A stretch of DNA of 64,000 nucleotides from Chloroflexota bacterium (GTDB lineage: Bacteria; Chloroflexota; Limnocylindria; QHBO01), in the NCBI GenBank assembly GCA_039932375.1, contig JBDTQD010000001.1:15844-79843 (forward strand), read 5' to 3'. Below the pieces are notes generated by a model, which did no database searches, was not told the DNA's origin, and saw only the letters and a list, made by a program, of their open reading frames with translations. The position numbers were made by a program, and so were the translations under genes. Shown here in pieces: positions 18,416 through 27,007 of the stretch (positions are counted from its first letter, which is position 1; the number at the start of each line of letters is the position of its first letter).

Positions 18416-18703
18416 GTGGAGGCGAGCGGATTGGCAGACCATCCCGACGAGCGTCAGCCATTTCACATCGAGGAGGATCAGCGCGACCCGGTCGGGCCCG
18501 GCAAGGACGCGCCACTGACCGCCTCCTTCGATCCGACCCGCCTCGATTTCGGCCACTACGCGGGGAGCACCATCGAGGAGCTTGCCACGATCGACCCCGA
18601 TTACCTGCACTGGCTCGAGCGCCATCCGTCCGGGTCGCGATACCGGAAGGAGATCCACCGCGTCCTCGGGAGCGTGCCGCTCTCGACTGACTGGAACCGC
18701 TGA
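18416..18703 (+). CDS. DUF3820-like small protein (of the type annotated as putative quorum-sensing-regulated virulence factor)
   Basis: LDFGHYAGSTIEELATIDPDYLHWLERHP resembles the F-G-KYKG-TL-E-----YL-WL signature. Confidence 0.4.
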   Translation: MEASGLADHPDERQPFHIEEDQRDPVGPGKDAPLTASFDPTRLDFGHYAGSTIEELATIDPDYLHWLERHPSGSRYRKEIHRVLGSVPLSTDWNR

Positions 18704-18720
18704 GGCGCCCGGAGCCGGGC

Positions 18721-19053
18721 ATGGCAGCTATCGAACGACGCAGCTTCGACAAGCCGGACGAGGTCTTCTCCGACGATGACGGCACCCGGACCGATCTGGT
18801 CGCGGTCGGCGACAACATGGTCACGCGCTCGGTCATGCAGCCAGGCTGGAGCTGGGAGCAGTACGTCAAGCCGCAGGCGGGGACCGATTCCTGCCCCATC
18901 GACCATCGCGAAGTCATCCTCTCGGGGCGTATCCGCTACCTGATGGACGACGGCACCGAGCTGATCGGGAAGGCGGGCGACTACCTCGAGATCTCGCCCG
19001 GGCATCTCGCCTGGGTGCTCGGCGACGAGCCCTGCGTCACCATCGACTGGTAG
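18721..19053 (+). CDS. cupin domain protein
   Basis: 110 aa. HREVILSGRIRYLMDDGTELIGKAGDYLEISPGHLAW is a cupin beta-barrel motif. Confidence 0.6.
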   Translation: MAAIERRSFDKPDEVFSDDDGTRTDLVAVGDNMVTRSVMQPGWSWEQYVKPQAGTDSCPIDHREVILSGRIRYLMDDGTELIGKAGDYLEISPGHLAWVLGDEPCVTIDW

Positions 19054-19059
19054 CGCGGC

Positions 19060-19266
19060 ATGATCTGGACCATCCGCTCGGCGATCGCACTGGTGCTCTG
19101 GGTGGTGGCCGGCCTGCTGACCCTCTTTCTGATCTTCTCCGGATGGTGGATCTACGTGCTCTTTGCCTTCGCCGCCGGCGGTGGTGAAGGGTTCCTGGTC
19201 CTGATCCTATCCATTGTCGGGCTGGCCACGGCGGCGCACCTGATCGGCCGGCGCGCTCCGCAGTAA
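19060..19266 (+). CDS. small hypothetical membrane protein (two TM helices)
   Basis: IALVLWVVAGLLTLFLIF...VLFAFAAGGGEGFLVLILSIVGLATAAHLI. Confidence 0.4.
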   Translation: MIWTIRSAIALVLWVVAGLLTLFLIFSGWWIYVLFAFAAGGGEGFLVLILSIVGLATAAHLIGRRAPQ

Positions 19267-19374
19267 GCGGCAGCGTGCCGGTGCGGCATCGCACCAGCAT
19301 CTGGCCTCATGCAAGCCATACGGCAAGGTTGGGAGCGTAGGATGTGGGCCAACCTACACACTGAGGCGACCTGC

Positions 19375-19854
19375 ATGAACCGTGTACCCAGGCTCGGGCT
19401 TGCTGTGATTGCGCTCGTCCTTGTGCTCGCGGGATCGGCTCTGGCGATCCAGGCTCCCCATGACAAGGCGCAGGTCAACCCGCTGGCAGGCAGCCATGAG
19501 CCCGAGTCGAGCGAGGCCCCGGAAGCGCCACCCACCGCGGATGTACTGGCCCGCGCTGTCGAGCGCTTGGCTGCATCCGGAATAACGACCACCAATACGG
19601 AGCTCGCCACGCTCGCGAAGGACTACGGCCTGGGTGGCGCGATTCGGCTGCTTGCCTGGTCAAAGGCCGCTGGTAAGTCTCTCGCCGACCTGCGCGCCAT
19701 GCGCGACGCCGGGAAGGGCTGGGGGGTGCTCGCACACGAGCTTGGGGTCAGCCCGGGGATCGGCTCGATCATGGGTGGAGGCGGAGGCGCCAAGGACAAA
19801 GGAGCCAAGGACGCGTCCGAAAAGGCGGAACCCAGCGAGAGCGAAACTCCGTAG
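19375..19854 (+). CDS. hypothetical secreted protein
   Basis: Signal peptide MNRVPRLGLAVIALVLVLAGSALAIQA. The C-terminus is Gly/Lys-rich. Confidence 0.45.
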   Translation: MNRVPRLGLAVIALVLVLAGSALAIQAPHDKAQVNPLAGSHEPESSEAPEAPPTADVLARAVERLAASGITTTNTELATLAKDYGLGGAIRLLAWSKAAGKSLADLRAMRDAGKGWGVLAHELGVSPGIGSIMGGGGGAKDKGAKDASEKAEPSESETP

Positions 19855-19941
19855 GTACGGAAACGTCGACTCCGCGCCGGAGCCATCGCCCGCCGTCTGA
19901 TCTGCTGCGGGGCACTCGATCGGACGCGCTAGCCTGTCGGC

Positions 19942-21120
19942 ATGCCGAGGCACGCTAAGCCAGCCGCCAACAACGTCGCTCTGCCCCCAGCACTTCAGGC
20001 GCTCGATGCCGCCGTTCGGGGGATCAGCGGCGTCCTCGAGGTTGAGCAGGTTCTGCAGCTGATCGTCGACCGCGTTCGGGACTTGGTTGGCGCACAGTAC
20101 GCGGCGCTCGGCATCGTCGATGAGGCAGGCCTCATCACCCAGTTCATCACGAGTGGGATCGACGCCGAGGAGCGTCGATCGATCGGTGACCTCCCGCGTG
20201 GCCTCGGCCTCCTTGGCCTGATCATCCGCGAGAACCGCTCATACCGGATCGCGAACATCGCATCCCATCCAGAGAGCTATGGCTTTCCGCCCAATCACCC
20301 GCCCATGGGCTCGTTCCTGGGAGTACCGATCACGGTCAAGGGCGAGGTCGTCGGGCGGCTGTATCTCACCAACAAGCGCGGTGGGGGCGAGTTCAGCGCC
20401 GGTGACCAGGCCCTGGTCGAGATGTTCGCGCTGCACGCCGGAATCGCGATCGACAACGCGCACCTTCATGAGCAGGTCCAGCGCCTCGCGGTAGTGGACG
20501 AGCGCGACCGGATCAGCCGCGACCTGCACGACAGCGTGATCCAGAGCATCTACGCCGTGACGCTCTCCCTCGACGACGTGCCTGAGCTGGTCGACAAGGC
20601 GCCCGCGGAGGCCGGCCGAAGAGTCGATGAGGCGATCGACGCGCTCCACGGAGTGATCCGCGACATCCGCAACTTCATCTTCGGACTGCGCCCGTTGTTG
20701 CTCGGTTCGGGCAGCCTGACGGACGGGTTGCGCCTTCTGGCCGATGAGCTTGATCACAACACGACCACCTCGGTTGACGTGACGGGCGACGAGCCACGCG
20801 AAGTCTCGGTGGAGGTGGTTGTCGAGCTTCTCTCAATCGCGCGCGAGGCACTCGCGAACGTGGCCCGCCATTCCGGCGCGGCGCAAGCCTCGATGCAGCT
20901 CACCACCGTCGACGAGAATGTCCGGCTGGAGATCGCTGATGACGGGCGTGGCTTCAACCCGGCCGAGGACGGTGGCCGGGGCCACCATGGCCTCGAGAAT
21001 ATGCGTGCCCGAGCCGAGGCGCTCGGCGGGACCTTCGACCTTCAGAGCCGACAGAACGGCGGCACCCGTATCATCGTTGTCATCCCGCGCTCTGGAACTC
21101 GGCGAGGAGCTGTCCCATGA
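19942..21120 (+). CDS. GAF-domain sensor histidine kinase (HisKA_3/NarX-DesK type), DevS-like
   Basis: N-terminal GAF domain (...GSFLGVPITVKGEVVGRLYLTNK...). ERDRISRDLHDSVIQSIYAV is the HisKA_3 H-box. HATPase region: HSGAAQASMQL...DDGRGF...GHHGLENMRARAEALGG. The downstream response regulator overlaps it by 4 nt. Confidence 0.85.
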   Translation: MPRHAKPAANNVALPPALQALDAAVRGISGVLEVEQVLQLIVDRVRDLVGAQYAALGIVDEAGLITQFITSGIDAEERRSIGDLPRGLGLLGLIIRENRSYRIANIASHPESYGFPPNHPPMGSFLGVPITVKGEVVGRLYLTNKRGGGEFSAGDQALVEMFALHAGIAIDNAHLHEQVQRLAVVDERDRISRDLHDSVIQSIYAVTLSLDDVPELVDKAPAEAGRRVDEAIDALHGVIRDIRNFIFGLRPLLLGSGSLTDGLRLLADELDHNTTTSVDVTGDEPREVSVEVVVELLSIAREALANVARHSGAAQASMQLTTVDENVRLEIADDGRGFNPAEDGGRGHHGLENMRARAEALGGTFDLQSRQNGGTRIIVVIPRSGTRRGAVP

Positions 21121-21794
21121 CAACCGATCATTCCCCACGGCGCCATCGGCTGCTGGTCGTCGATGACCATGAGGTCGTCCGCCAGGGCCTCGTCGCGCTC
21201 CTCGACCGCCGATCCGGGTTCGAGGTCGTGGCGCAGGCGGGATCGGTTGCCGAGGCGGTCGCCCTGGCGGCGCGCCACGAGCCGGACCTGGTGATCATGG
21301 ACGTGCGGCTGCCGGACGGCTCGGGAGTCGAGGCCTGCCGCGAGATCCGCGCCGCGCGGCCGGAAACGCGGGTCGTAATGCTCACGAGCTATCCGGACGA
21401 GGAAGCAGTGCTGTCCGCCATCATCGCCGGGGCCAGCGGCTACCTGCTCAAGCAGATCCGCGGCCGCGATCTGGTGAGCGCCCTCGAGTCGGTCTCCCGC
21501 GGTGAGTCACTGCTCGATCCGGCGGTCACCGAGAAAGTGCTCGAGCGTGTACGGCGAATGGCCAGCGGCTCCGCCACCGACGACCTGGCCGAGCTGACCG
21601 CCCAGGAGCGCAGGATCCTGCTGCTCGTCGCCGAGGGGAAGACCAACAAGGAGATCGCCGCCGAGGTGTTCCTCTCCGACAAGACGGTCAAGAACTACGT
21701 CAGCAGCATCCTCTCCAAGCTCAACCTCCAGCGGCGCACCCAGGCAGCTGCGTTTGTCGCAAAACGCCACCTGATCTCGCCGGACGAACACTAG
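21117..21794 (+). CDS. NarL/LuxR-family response regulator, DevR(DosR)-like
   Basis: RLLVVDDHEVVRQGLVALL ... DLVIMDVRLPDGSG ... LTAQERRILLLVAEGKTNKEIAAEVFLSDKTVKNYVSSILSKLNLQRRTQAA. The high similarity to mycobacterial DosR is judged from memory of that sequence. Confidence 0.85.
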   Translation: MTTDHSPRRHRLLVVDDHEVVRQGLVALLDRRSGFEVVAQAGSVAEAVALAARHEPDLVIMDVRLPDGSGVEACREIRAARPETRVVMLTSYPDEEAVLSAIIAGASGYLLKQIRGRDLVSALESVSRGESLLDPAVTEKVLERVRRMASGSATDDLAELTAQERRILLLVAEGKTNKEIAAEVFLSDKTVKNYVSSILSKLNLQRRTQAAAFVAKRHLISPDEH

Positions 21795-21926
21795 CCCCGC
21801 CGCTCTCTGGGCGCCTCTCCACTGCAGGGCCGCTTGGCGGCCGAAACAGTCCGGATGGCACATCCCGATGTGTGGTCAATCCGTGACATTGATGACAGTG
21901 GAAACGACTAACGCCCAACAACAGAG

Positions 21927-22619
21927 GTGGATCCCATGATCAGACGCTTGCGAGGGCTCGGCATCGTGCTTGGGCTCATCGGCTTCGCGTTCATCGCGAT
22001 TGGCACGTTTACATTCATGAAGACCCAGGAGGGCTACAAGTCCCTGAACGCATTTAGCGCCGCCCAGGACGTCCAGCTCACCTATAACGACAAGGGCCAG
22101 CTCACCGATAGCGGCAAGGTCGACGAGGCCCAGGGCATCATGAAGCTGCTGACCGACGACTGGGGCTATCCGGTCGTGGCAGCGGAGCTCAACCCGCATG
22201 ACCCGGTCGTCAACACGGCCAGTGAGTACATGTACCAGATGGCCACGGTCGCCTACCACACCCTGACGGGTGTCCAGACGGTCGTGCTGACGGCGGACGT
22301 CACCTACAAGGGCCAGACGTTCAAGGCCGGCTCGTACCAGGTCCCGGTCGATGGCCGCTACTTCAGCCAGTTTGATCGGTCTCATCCCCTCGACGGCCCG
22401 GCACGCGCACAGGCGTGGAGCCCGCTGGCGCACGCCCTGATCGGCGAGCTTGGTGTCGGCACCGTGACGGCATCGGCCCTTCAGCTGGGGCTGGGATTGG
22501 CCGCTCTGTTCGCAGGCGTGGGCGCCACGTTCCTGCTCACAGGGTTTGGCCTGGTTTGGGCGATCCGCCCGGAGACCGCGCGGGTCCCCGTGCTTCGTCC
22601 GGCCGTGGCGATCGCCTGA
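21927..22619 (+). CDS. hypothetical membrane protein (N- and C-terminal TM helices, large extracytoplasmic domain)
   Basis: GLGIVLGLIGFAFIAIGTFTFM ... LGLAALFAGVGATFLLTGFGLVWAI. Confidence 0.5.
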   Translation: MDPMIRRLRGLGIVLGLIGFAFIAIGTFTFMKTQEGYKSLNAFSAAQDVQLTYNDKGQLTDSGKVDEAQGIMKLLTDDWGYPVVAAELNPHDPVVNTASEYMYQMATVAYHTLTGVQTVVLTADVTYKGQTFKAGSYQVPVDGRYFSQFDRSHPLDGPARAQAWSPLAHALIGELGVGTVTASALQLGLGLAALFAGVGATFLLTGFGLVWAIRPETARVPVLRPAVAIA

Positions 22620-22721
22620 TCGCCCAGGAACAAGTGATCCACCGCTTGCCGGCGGACAGGCTCCGCCTGGACATCGAACCGCCGGCAAGCCCCAACATTT
22701 CCCCACGACAGGAGGCAGCCG

Positions 22722-23369
22722 ATGATCAGGACCACCAGATTCGAGGCCGATGAAGTCGCCGGCCTCGCCGCACGCCTGGGGGTGGTCGAAGCGGTCGACC
22801 TCGAGGAGCTGCGTCGTGGGATGCATGTCGAGCTGGAGCACGGTCGCCGCGACCCGCTCACCAACGTGACTGATGACGATCCGCTGCTGACGGCCAAGAT
22901 CGCGCTGGCGCATCTGCGCGAGCTGCCGGACTACTACACCCGGCTGGCAGCCATGGAAGCCGGCGCCGAGGGCGGCCAACCGCGCGTCCGGGACCTGATG
23001 ACGCTCGAACCGCTGACGGTTCGCGACAACAGCCCGCTGATCAGGGCGGAGCGCGTGATGCGCGAGAGCAGCGTCAGCGGCCTGCCGGTCGTCGATGGCG
23101 AGGGCCGGCTTGTCGGCGTCGTGAGCCAGACCGACCTGATGCGGGTCGCGAGCGGCCCCGACGACCAGGCGTGGCACGGGAACTCGGTTGCCAGCACGAT
23201 GACCGCGCCGGGCCTCACGGTTGAAGCCGATGCCTCCCTCGCCGCGGCCGCGGCCATGATGGTGCAGCATCACGTTCACCGGCTCGTCGTGGTGGAGGCG
23301 AATGGCGGCCGTCCAATCGGGATCCTGTCGACAACGGACCTGGTCCGCGCGGTGGCCGACGGGGCGTGA
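22722..23369 (+). CDS. CBS-pair domain protein with an N-terminal ~85-aa domain of unknown function
   Basis: Two CBS motifs: VRDLMTLEPLTVRDN...GLPVVDGEGRLVGVVSQTDL and ...HRLVVVEANGGRPIGILSTTDLV. N-terminal region GMHVELEHGRRDPLTNVTDDDPLLTAKIALAHLRELPDYY. Confidence 0.7.
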   Translation: MIRTTRFEADEVAGLAARLGVVEAVDLEELRRGMHVELEHGRRDPLTNVTDDDPLLTAKIALAHLRELPDYYTRLAAMEAGAEGGQPRVRDLMTLEPLTVRDNSPLIRAERVMRESSVSGLPVVDGEGRLVGVVSQTDLMRVASGPDDQAWHGNSVASTMTAPGLTVEADASLAAAAAMMVQHHVHRLVVVEANGGRPIGILSTTDLVRAVADGA

Positions 23370-23418
23370 CGGGTGAGTTGACCCGCTCTCGACGGCTCGG
23401 GCACAATGCGGACCCCGA

Positions 23419-23495
23419 GGGCGGCTAGCTCAGTTGGTTAGAGCACTTGCTTGACATGCAAGAGGTCACTGGTTCGAGTCCAGTGTCGCCCACCA
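23419..23495 (+). tRNA. tRNA-Val (anticodon GAC)
   Basis: Acceptor gggcggc/gtcgccc (one G-U pair). D-arm gctc-agttggtta-gagc. Anticodon stem cttgc/gcaag with loop ttGACat. T-arm actgg-ttcgagt-ccagt. Discriminator A, then CCA. Confidence 0.85.
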
Positions 23496-23509
23496 AACAC
23501 TGTCTTTAG
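23487..23509. repeat. direct repeat, copy 1: last 9 nt of tRNA-Val plus 14 nt downstream (CGCCCACCAAACACTGTCTTTAG)
   Basis: Copy 2 is at 23911-23933 (CGCCCACCAAACACCGTCTTCAG), 21 of 23 identical. This looks like att-style duplication of a tRNA 3' end. Confidence 0.7.
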
Positions 23510-23681
23510 CGCGAACTGACCGTCCTAATGGACGGCATCATGCAGATGCTCCGTCGCCGCGAGGTCAGCAATGACGTTGACAGCGCGACGAGGTCTCGCT
23601 GCGACGGCCGTGGCGATCAGTAGCTTGCAGGCGACCCGGTCCCGCCGGCCCGCGCGCAACATTCGCCGTACCCTGTGACCA

Positions 23682-23852
23682 ATGGACTTGCGCCCGGGCA
23701 TCATTCTCACGGTCACCGGAATCGTTGCTCTAGCTCACTACTTCCTGAACCTGCCTGGGCACCTGCCGCGCGGGGCCGAGCTCATCATCGCAGTCGCGCT
23801 GGTCGTGCTGGGAGTACCGCTACTCATCGTCGCGATCGCCCATCCGCGGTGA
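23682..23852 (+). CDS. 56-aa two-TM membrane ORF inside the repeat-bracketed segment (below the 60-aa cutoff of the ORF track)
   Basis: MDLRPGIILTVTGIVALAHYFLNLPGHLPRGAELIIAVALVVLGVPLLIVAIAHPR. Two clean hydrophobic helices. Confidence 0.3.
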   Translation: MDLRPGIILTVTGIVALAHYFLNLPGHLPRGAELIIAVALVVLGVPLLIVAIAHPR

Positions 23853-23910
23853 GTGAGCAAGTGCAGGGCTGATCCCGACGCGTGGCTTATCTGCTGCGAC
23901 AGCGTTCGGG

Positions 23911-23933
23911 CGCCCACCAAACACCGTCTTCAG
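23911..23933. repeat. direct repeat, copy 2 of the tRNA-Val 3' end (putative attR-like scar)
   Basis: See the repeat at 23487-23509. It lies 68 bp upstream of tatA. Confidence 0.7.
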
Positions 23934-24001
23934 TGCCGGTGGACGGGATGTCGAGCGAGGAATAGTCTTCGGCGGACAACCGCTGAGTCCGGAGGCAACC
24001 C

Positions 24002-24238
24002 ATGGGCGCAATCTCACCCCTACACCTCGTCCTCCTCCTGGTAGTCGTGTTGATCATCTTTGGTCCGGGCAAGCTGCCAGAGGTGGGTGGCGCCATCGGC
24101 CGTGGCCTACGCGAGTTCCGCAAGGCGGCCGAGGGGCTCGAGGACACGATCCGCAGCGAAGCTACCGCCGCAGAGAGCCCGGCGCCCGCGTCACCAAGCC
24201 AGCCACCCACCGACGACACCGCCAGCACCCCAGGGTGA
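24002..24238 (+). CDS. tatA: twin-arginine translocase subunit TatA/E
   Basis: LHLVLLLVVVLIIFGPGKLPEVGGAIGRGLREFRKA is the classic TatA TM helix plus amphipathic helix (FGP...G..G...FK). Confidence 0.9.
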   Translation: MGAISPLHLVLLLVVVLIIFGPGKLPEVGGAIGRGLREFRKAAEGLEDTIRSEATAAESPAPASPSQPPTDDTASTPG

Positions 24239-24466
24239 CGCTCGACGGCCCCCTCGATGGCATGGGTGCCGGCTGAGGCTGCGCGGCCGTTCGGTTGGTA
24301 AGTTGTCGGCGTCTGGCCGATCAGGAGAACCCGGGAATGACAAGCCAGGGCCATGGGCCCAGGCGGGTCAACGGAGATTGAGGTCGGGCATGGCGGCTTG
24401 GCCGGCCTCACGCTCGGGGCTCAAGCTCGTTCGTCGTCATGCGAGCCGTGCCACGTGATCCAGACC

Positions 24467-26929
24467 CTAGCCTGCAACCACGGCCACGTGGATGTTGTGT
24501 CCTTCCCAACGATCGGCCCCGGGCCAATAAAACGTCGCCTCGATCGCCTCCCCGGCGGCAAGCCCCTCCGACCTCGGAATGTCCGCCACCCAAACCCCGA
24601 GGCCGGTGTCCGAGGCATCCAGGTCGAGGGTGGTGCGCCACGCGTCCATCGACCAGCGGACACGACAGGGCGCGAGCAGTTCGAAGCGGAGCGTGCGGCC
24701 GGTCACCATCGTTGGCCGCGGCGCGGTGAAGCGCCAGGTTGCCCTCGTCGCGACAGGACGGATCCCGTGGTATCGATCCCATGCCGCCTCCGGGCGGTCG
24801 ATGGCATGGCCGAGCGCGATGGACCGGACGAGCTTGACGTACTCTGCGTGGGCCCAGGCGAGGGGCATCGCAGAGCCACTTGGCCGCCCGTAGACGAGGC
24901 CGCGGTCGAGGATGTCGGGCGCGTCCCAGACTTGCTCCGGAAGCATGCCCCCCTGCGACCCGAGGCCGCGCATCGCCTGGAGGTACGGCCGCGCGTCGCG
25001 CCCAGCGTCCAGCTCGTAGTGACCGCGCTCTCCGACCAAGAGCGGCCATCCGCGCCCGATTCCCGTCCCGTCGAACGGTCCGCCGTCCGCGTGCTCGCCG
25101 TATCCGTCGCCAGAGTACCTGTGCCACAGCGGCCCGTTCGGCGTCTCCATGCGCAGGAGGGCGTCGGTCACCACCAGAGTCGAGAGGATCCGTGGGTCGT
25201 CGGCACGTCGCAGCCCGAAGCGCACGAGGGCGAGAAAGTCGGTCCCCACCATCTCGTCACCCCGGATCATGGATTCTGTGGGCAGGCGGTTGTGAATGGG
25301 CACCGGCGTCGCCATCGAAGCCCCTGCCAGAACATCCGACGAGGCGATGCGGATGTAGTGGCCGTCCACGCCATGCTCTCGGGCCAGCCGGGAGCCAACC
25401 GCGTACGTCCATTCCTCGATCGAGGCGTTCCAATCGTCAGCAACCTCTCGGCAGTACGCTGCCGCGGGGCCGGGCAGGTAGTCAGCGGCGACCACGAGCG
25501 CCGCGACGACCGGGGCAAGCGTCGACGGGGTCAGGCCGCCATTCTCCTCCCAGCGGTCCTGCTGGGTCGCCGGCCCCGTTCGCGCGATGAAGCTGACGGC
25601 CGCTTCGATCATTCGACTGAGCGAGTCCTCGGCGACCAGATGCTCGAAGGCCGCTGCCTCCTCGCTGCGACCATGCATACGGGTCGCCCCTCCCCGCCGC
25701 AGTTCCCCGGCCAGCAGGATTGGGTAGGCGGCTTCGTCGAGTTGGGTACCGCTCCAATATGGAACGCCGTCCACCCACTGGTTCTGGGCCCAGTGCCCAT
25801 CGGGCTCCTGCGTGGCGATGAGATACGCGAGCGTGTGCCGTGCAGCCGTGCGCGCCCCGAGCGCGACGAGGGCACCCGCGCACTCGACGAGATCCCGTGA
25901 CCAGACCAGGTGGTAGCCACCGAGGTCATTCCGCGTATTGCCCCACGGGATGGAGAGGCTCGCCACAGTGGCTCCCGGCGAGGTGCGGTCCTGGTGCGTG
26001 CGCAAGACGGCCGCAGAGTCCAGGTACAGCGCCTGGAGATCCTCATCGAGGTCAGCCGGTGGAGGGCTGCAGGTGCCCAGAAAGCCCTCCCAGTTGGCGA
26101 CGTACTCGTCCCAGGCCACCTGGAAGTGGCCAACAAGCGCGGCGGAGGCCTGAAGCGCGGCCTCCTCGGGGCGGCCGCCGAAGCCGAGCGCGACCTGGAT
26201 GGGCTCGTCCCCCGGGGCGAGCTCGATCATGCCCGCGACGTTCCCCTTGTCGGTGGACGAATAGGTCCATGCCATTCGACCATTCGTTGCGAAGTCTTGC
26301 CACCCGTCAGATGCGCCAACGTAGCCCACGCTCTGCTGTAGCGGGGGCGAGTCGCTGACCAGGGCGAGTGAGGCCGAGTCGTTCTGCGCGAACAACGTCG
26401 GGTGACCTTTGTATGTTCCAATCCACGCGCGGTTGTGCAAGCCGTTAAAACCGAGGTGGGGCGCAAGCAGCGGATAGAGCCGCAACGGATGGAGTGTGCG
26501 CGCTTGGTCTGATGAGCTCCGCAGATCCTCGAGCGTGGCCTCAATGCGCACGACGTCAGCGTGGTCATCGGCGCAGATGCGCAGCACAAGCACGTACCGG
26601 GAGTGGCGATGCACGGCCACCACCGCGGGTATGCCGGGCCGGACGAACCCCACCTCGACCTCGGCGTCCCGCTTCACTTCGCTCCAGAACCCCGATCCGT
26701 CCGCGACGATGAATCCGAGGTCCCGCACCTGCGGGGCATCGACACGGGGCCAGTAGATCTCGTTGAGGATGCCGTGCCCGACGGTGAACCAGACGCGGCT
26801 GGCGTATTGTGAGGTGCCGACGGCGTCCTTGGCGCTGCTCGACCAGGTGGGAGCGATGCCCGGAGCGCCGGGGGCCGGACCCGAGACGAGCTGGTCGGGC
26901 GCCGTGGCGGAGGATGCATCGCCGGTCAT
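24467..26929 (-). CDS. glycoside hydrolase family 15 (glucoamylase/glucodextranase/trehalase-like), three-domain bacterial type
   Basis: 820 aa: N-terminal beta-sandwich, (alpha/alpha)6 barrel, C-terminal beta domain. The GH15 barrel is recognised from composition (WSRDLVECAGAL..., WEENGGLTPSTLA..., LPEQVWD). Family assignment is from memory. Confidence 0.7.
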   Translation of the reverse strand: MTGDASSATAPDQLVSGPAPGAPGIAPTWSSSAKDAVGTSQYASRVWFTVGHGILNEIYWPRVDAPQVRDLGFIVADGSGFWSEVKRDAEVEVGFVRPGIPAVVAVHRHSRYVLVLRICADDHADVVRIEATLEDLRSSSDQARTLHPLRLYPLLAPHLGFNGLHNRAWIGTYKGHPTLFAQNDSASLALVSDSPPLQQSVGYVGASDGWQDFATNGRMAWTYSSTDKGNVAGMIELAPGDEPIQVALGFGGRPEEAALQASAALVGHFQVAWDEYVANWEGFLGTCSPPPADLDEDLQALYLDSAAVLRTHQDRTSPGATVASLSIPWGNTRNDLGGYHLVWSRDLVECAGALVALGARTAARHTLAYLIATQEPDGHWAQNQWVDGVPYWSGTQLDEAAYPILLAGELRRGGATRMHGRSEEAAAFEHLVAEDSLSRMIEAAVSFIARTGPATQQDRWEENGGLTPSTLAPVVAALVVAADYLPGPAAAYCREVADDWNASIEEWTYAVGSRLAREHGVDGHYIRIASSDVLAGASMATPVPIHNRLPTESMIRGDEMVGTDFLALVRFGLRRADDPRILSTLVVTDALLRMETPNGPLWHRYSGDGYGEHADGGPFDGTGIGRGWPLLVGERGHYELDAGRDARPYLQAMRGLGSQGGMLPEQVWDAPDILDRGLVYGRPSGSAMPLAWAHAEYVKLVRSIALGHAIDRPEAAWDRYHGIRPVATRATWRFTAPRPTMVTGRTLRFELLAPCRVRWSMDAWRTTLDLDASDTGLGVWVADIPRSEGLAAGEAIEATFYWPGADRWEGHNIHVAVVAG

Positions 26930-27007
26930 CAGCGGGGAGGGTAGCGCGAATCGAGTCAGGTGGCAGGGGCGTCACCCCGTTGATCCACTGCAGACGAGGA
27001 GCCCCAG

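Noticed and set aside
21795-21926. Searched the intergenic regions around the DevS/DevR pair for a DosR box (GGGACT-N-AGTCCC)
   Set aside because: There is no convincing match. Only weak GTCA...TGAC dyads are present. Regulon membership of the neighbours is therefore left as inference only.
21876-23279. 467-aa minus-strand ORF
   Set aside because: It is antisense to two supported genes: the membrane protein and the CBS protein. Its content is low-complexity.
24353-25900. 515-aa plus-strand ORF, and a 236-aa ORF at 24880-25590
   Set aside because: Both lie entirely antisense to the well-supported GH15 gene. The translations are Arg/Pro/Gly-rich and low in complexity. This is the typical high-GC shadow ORF.
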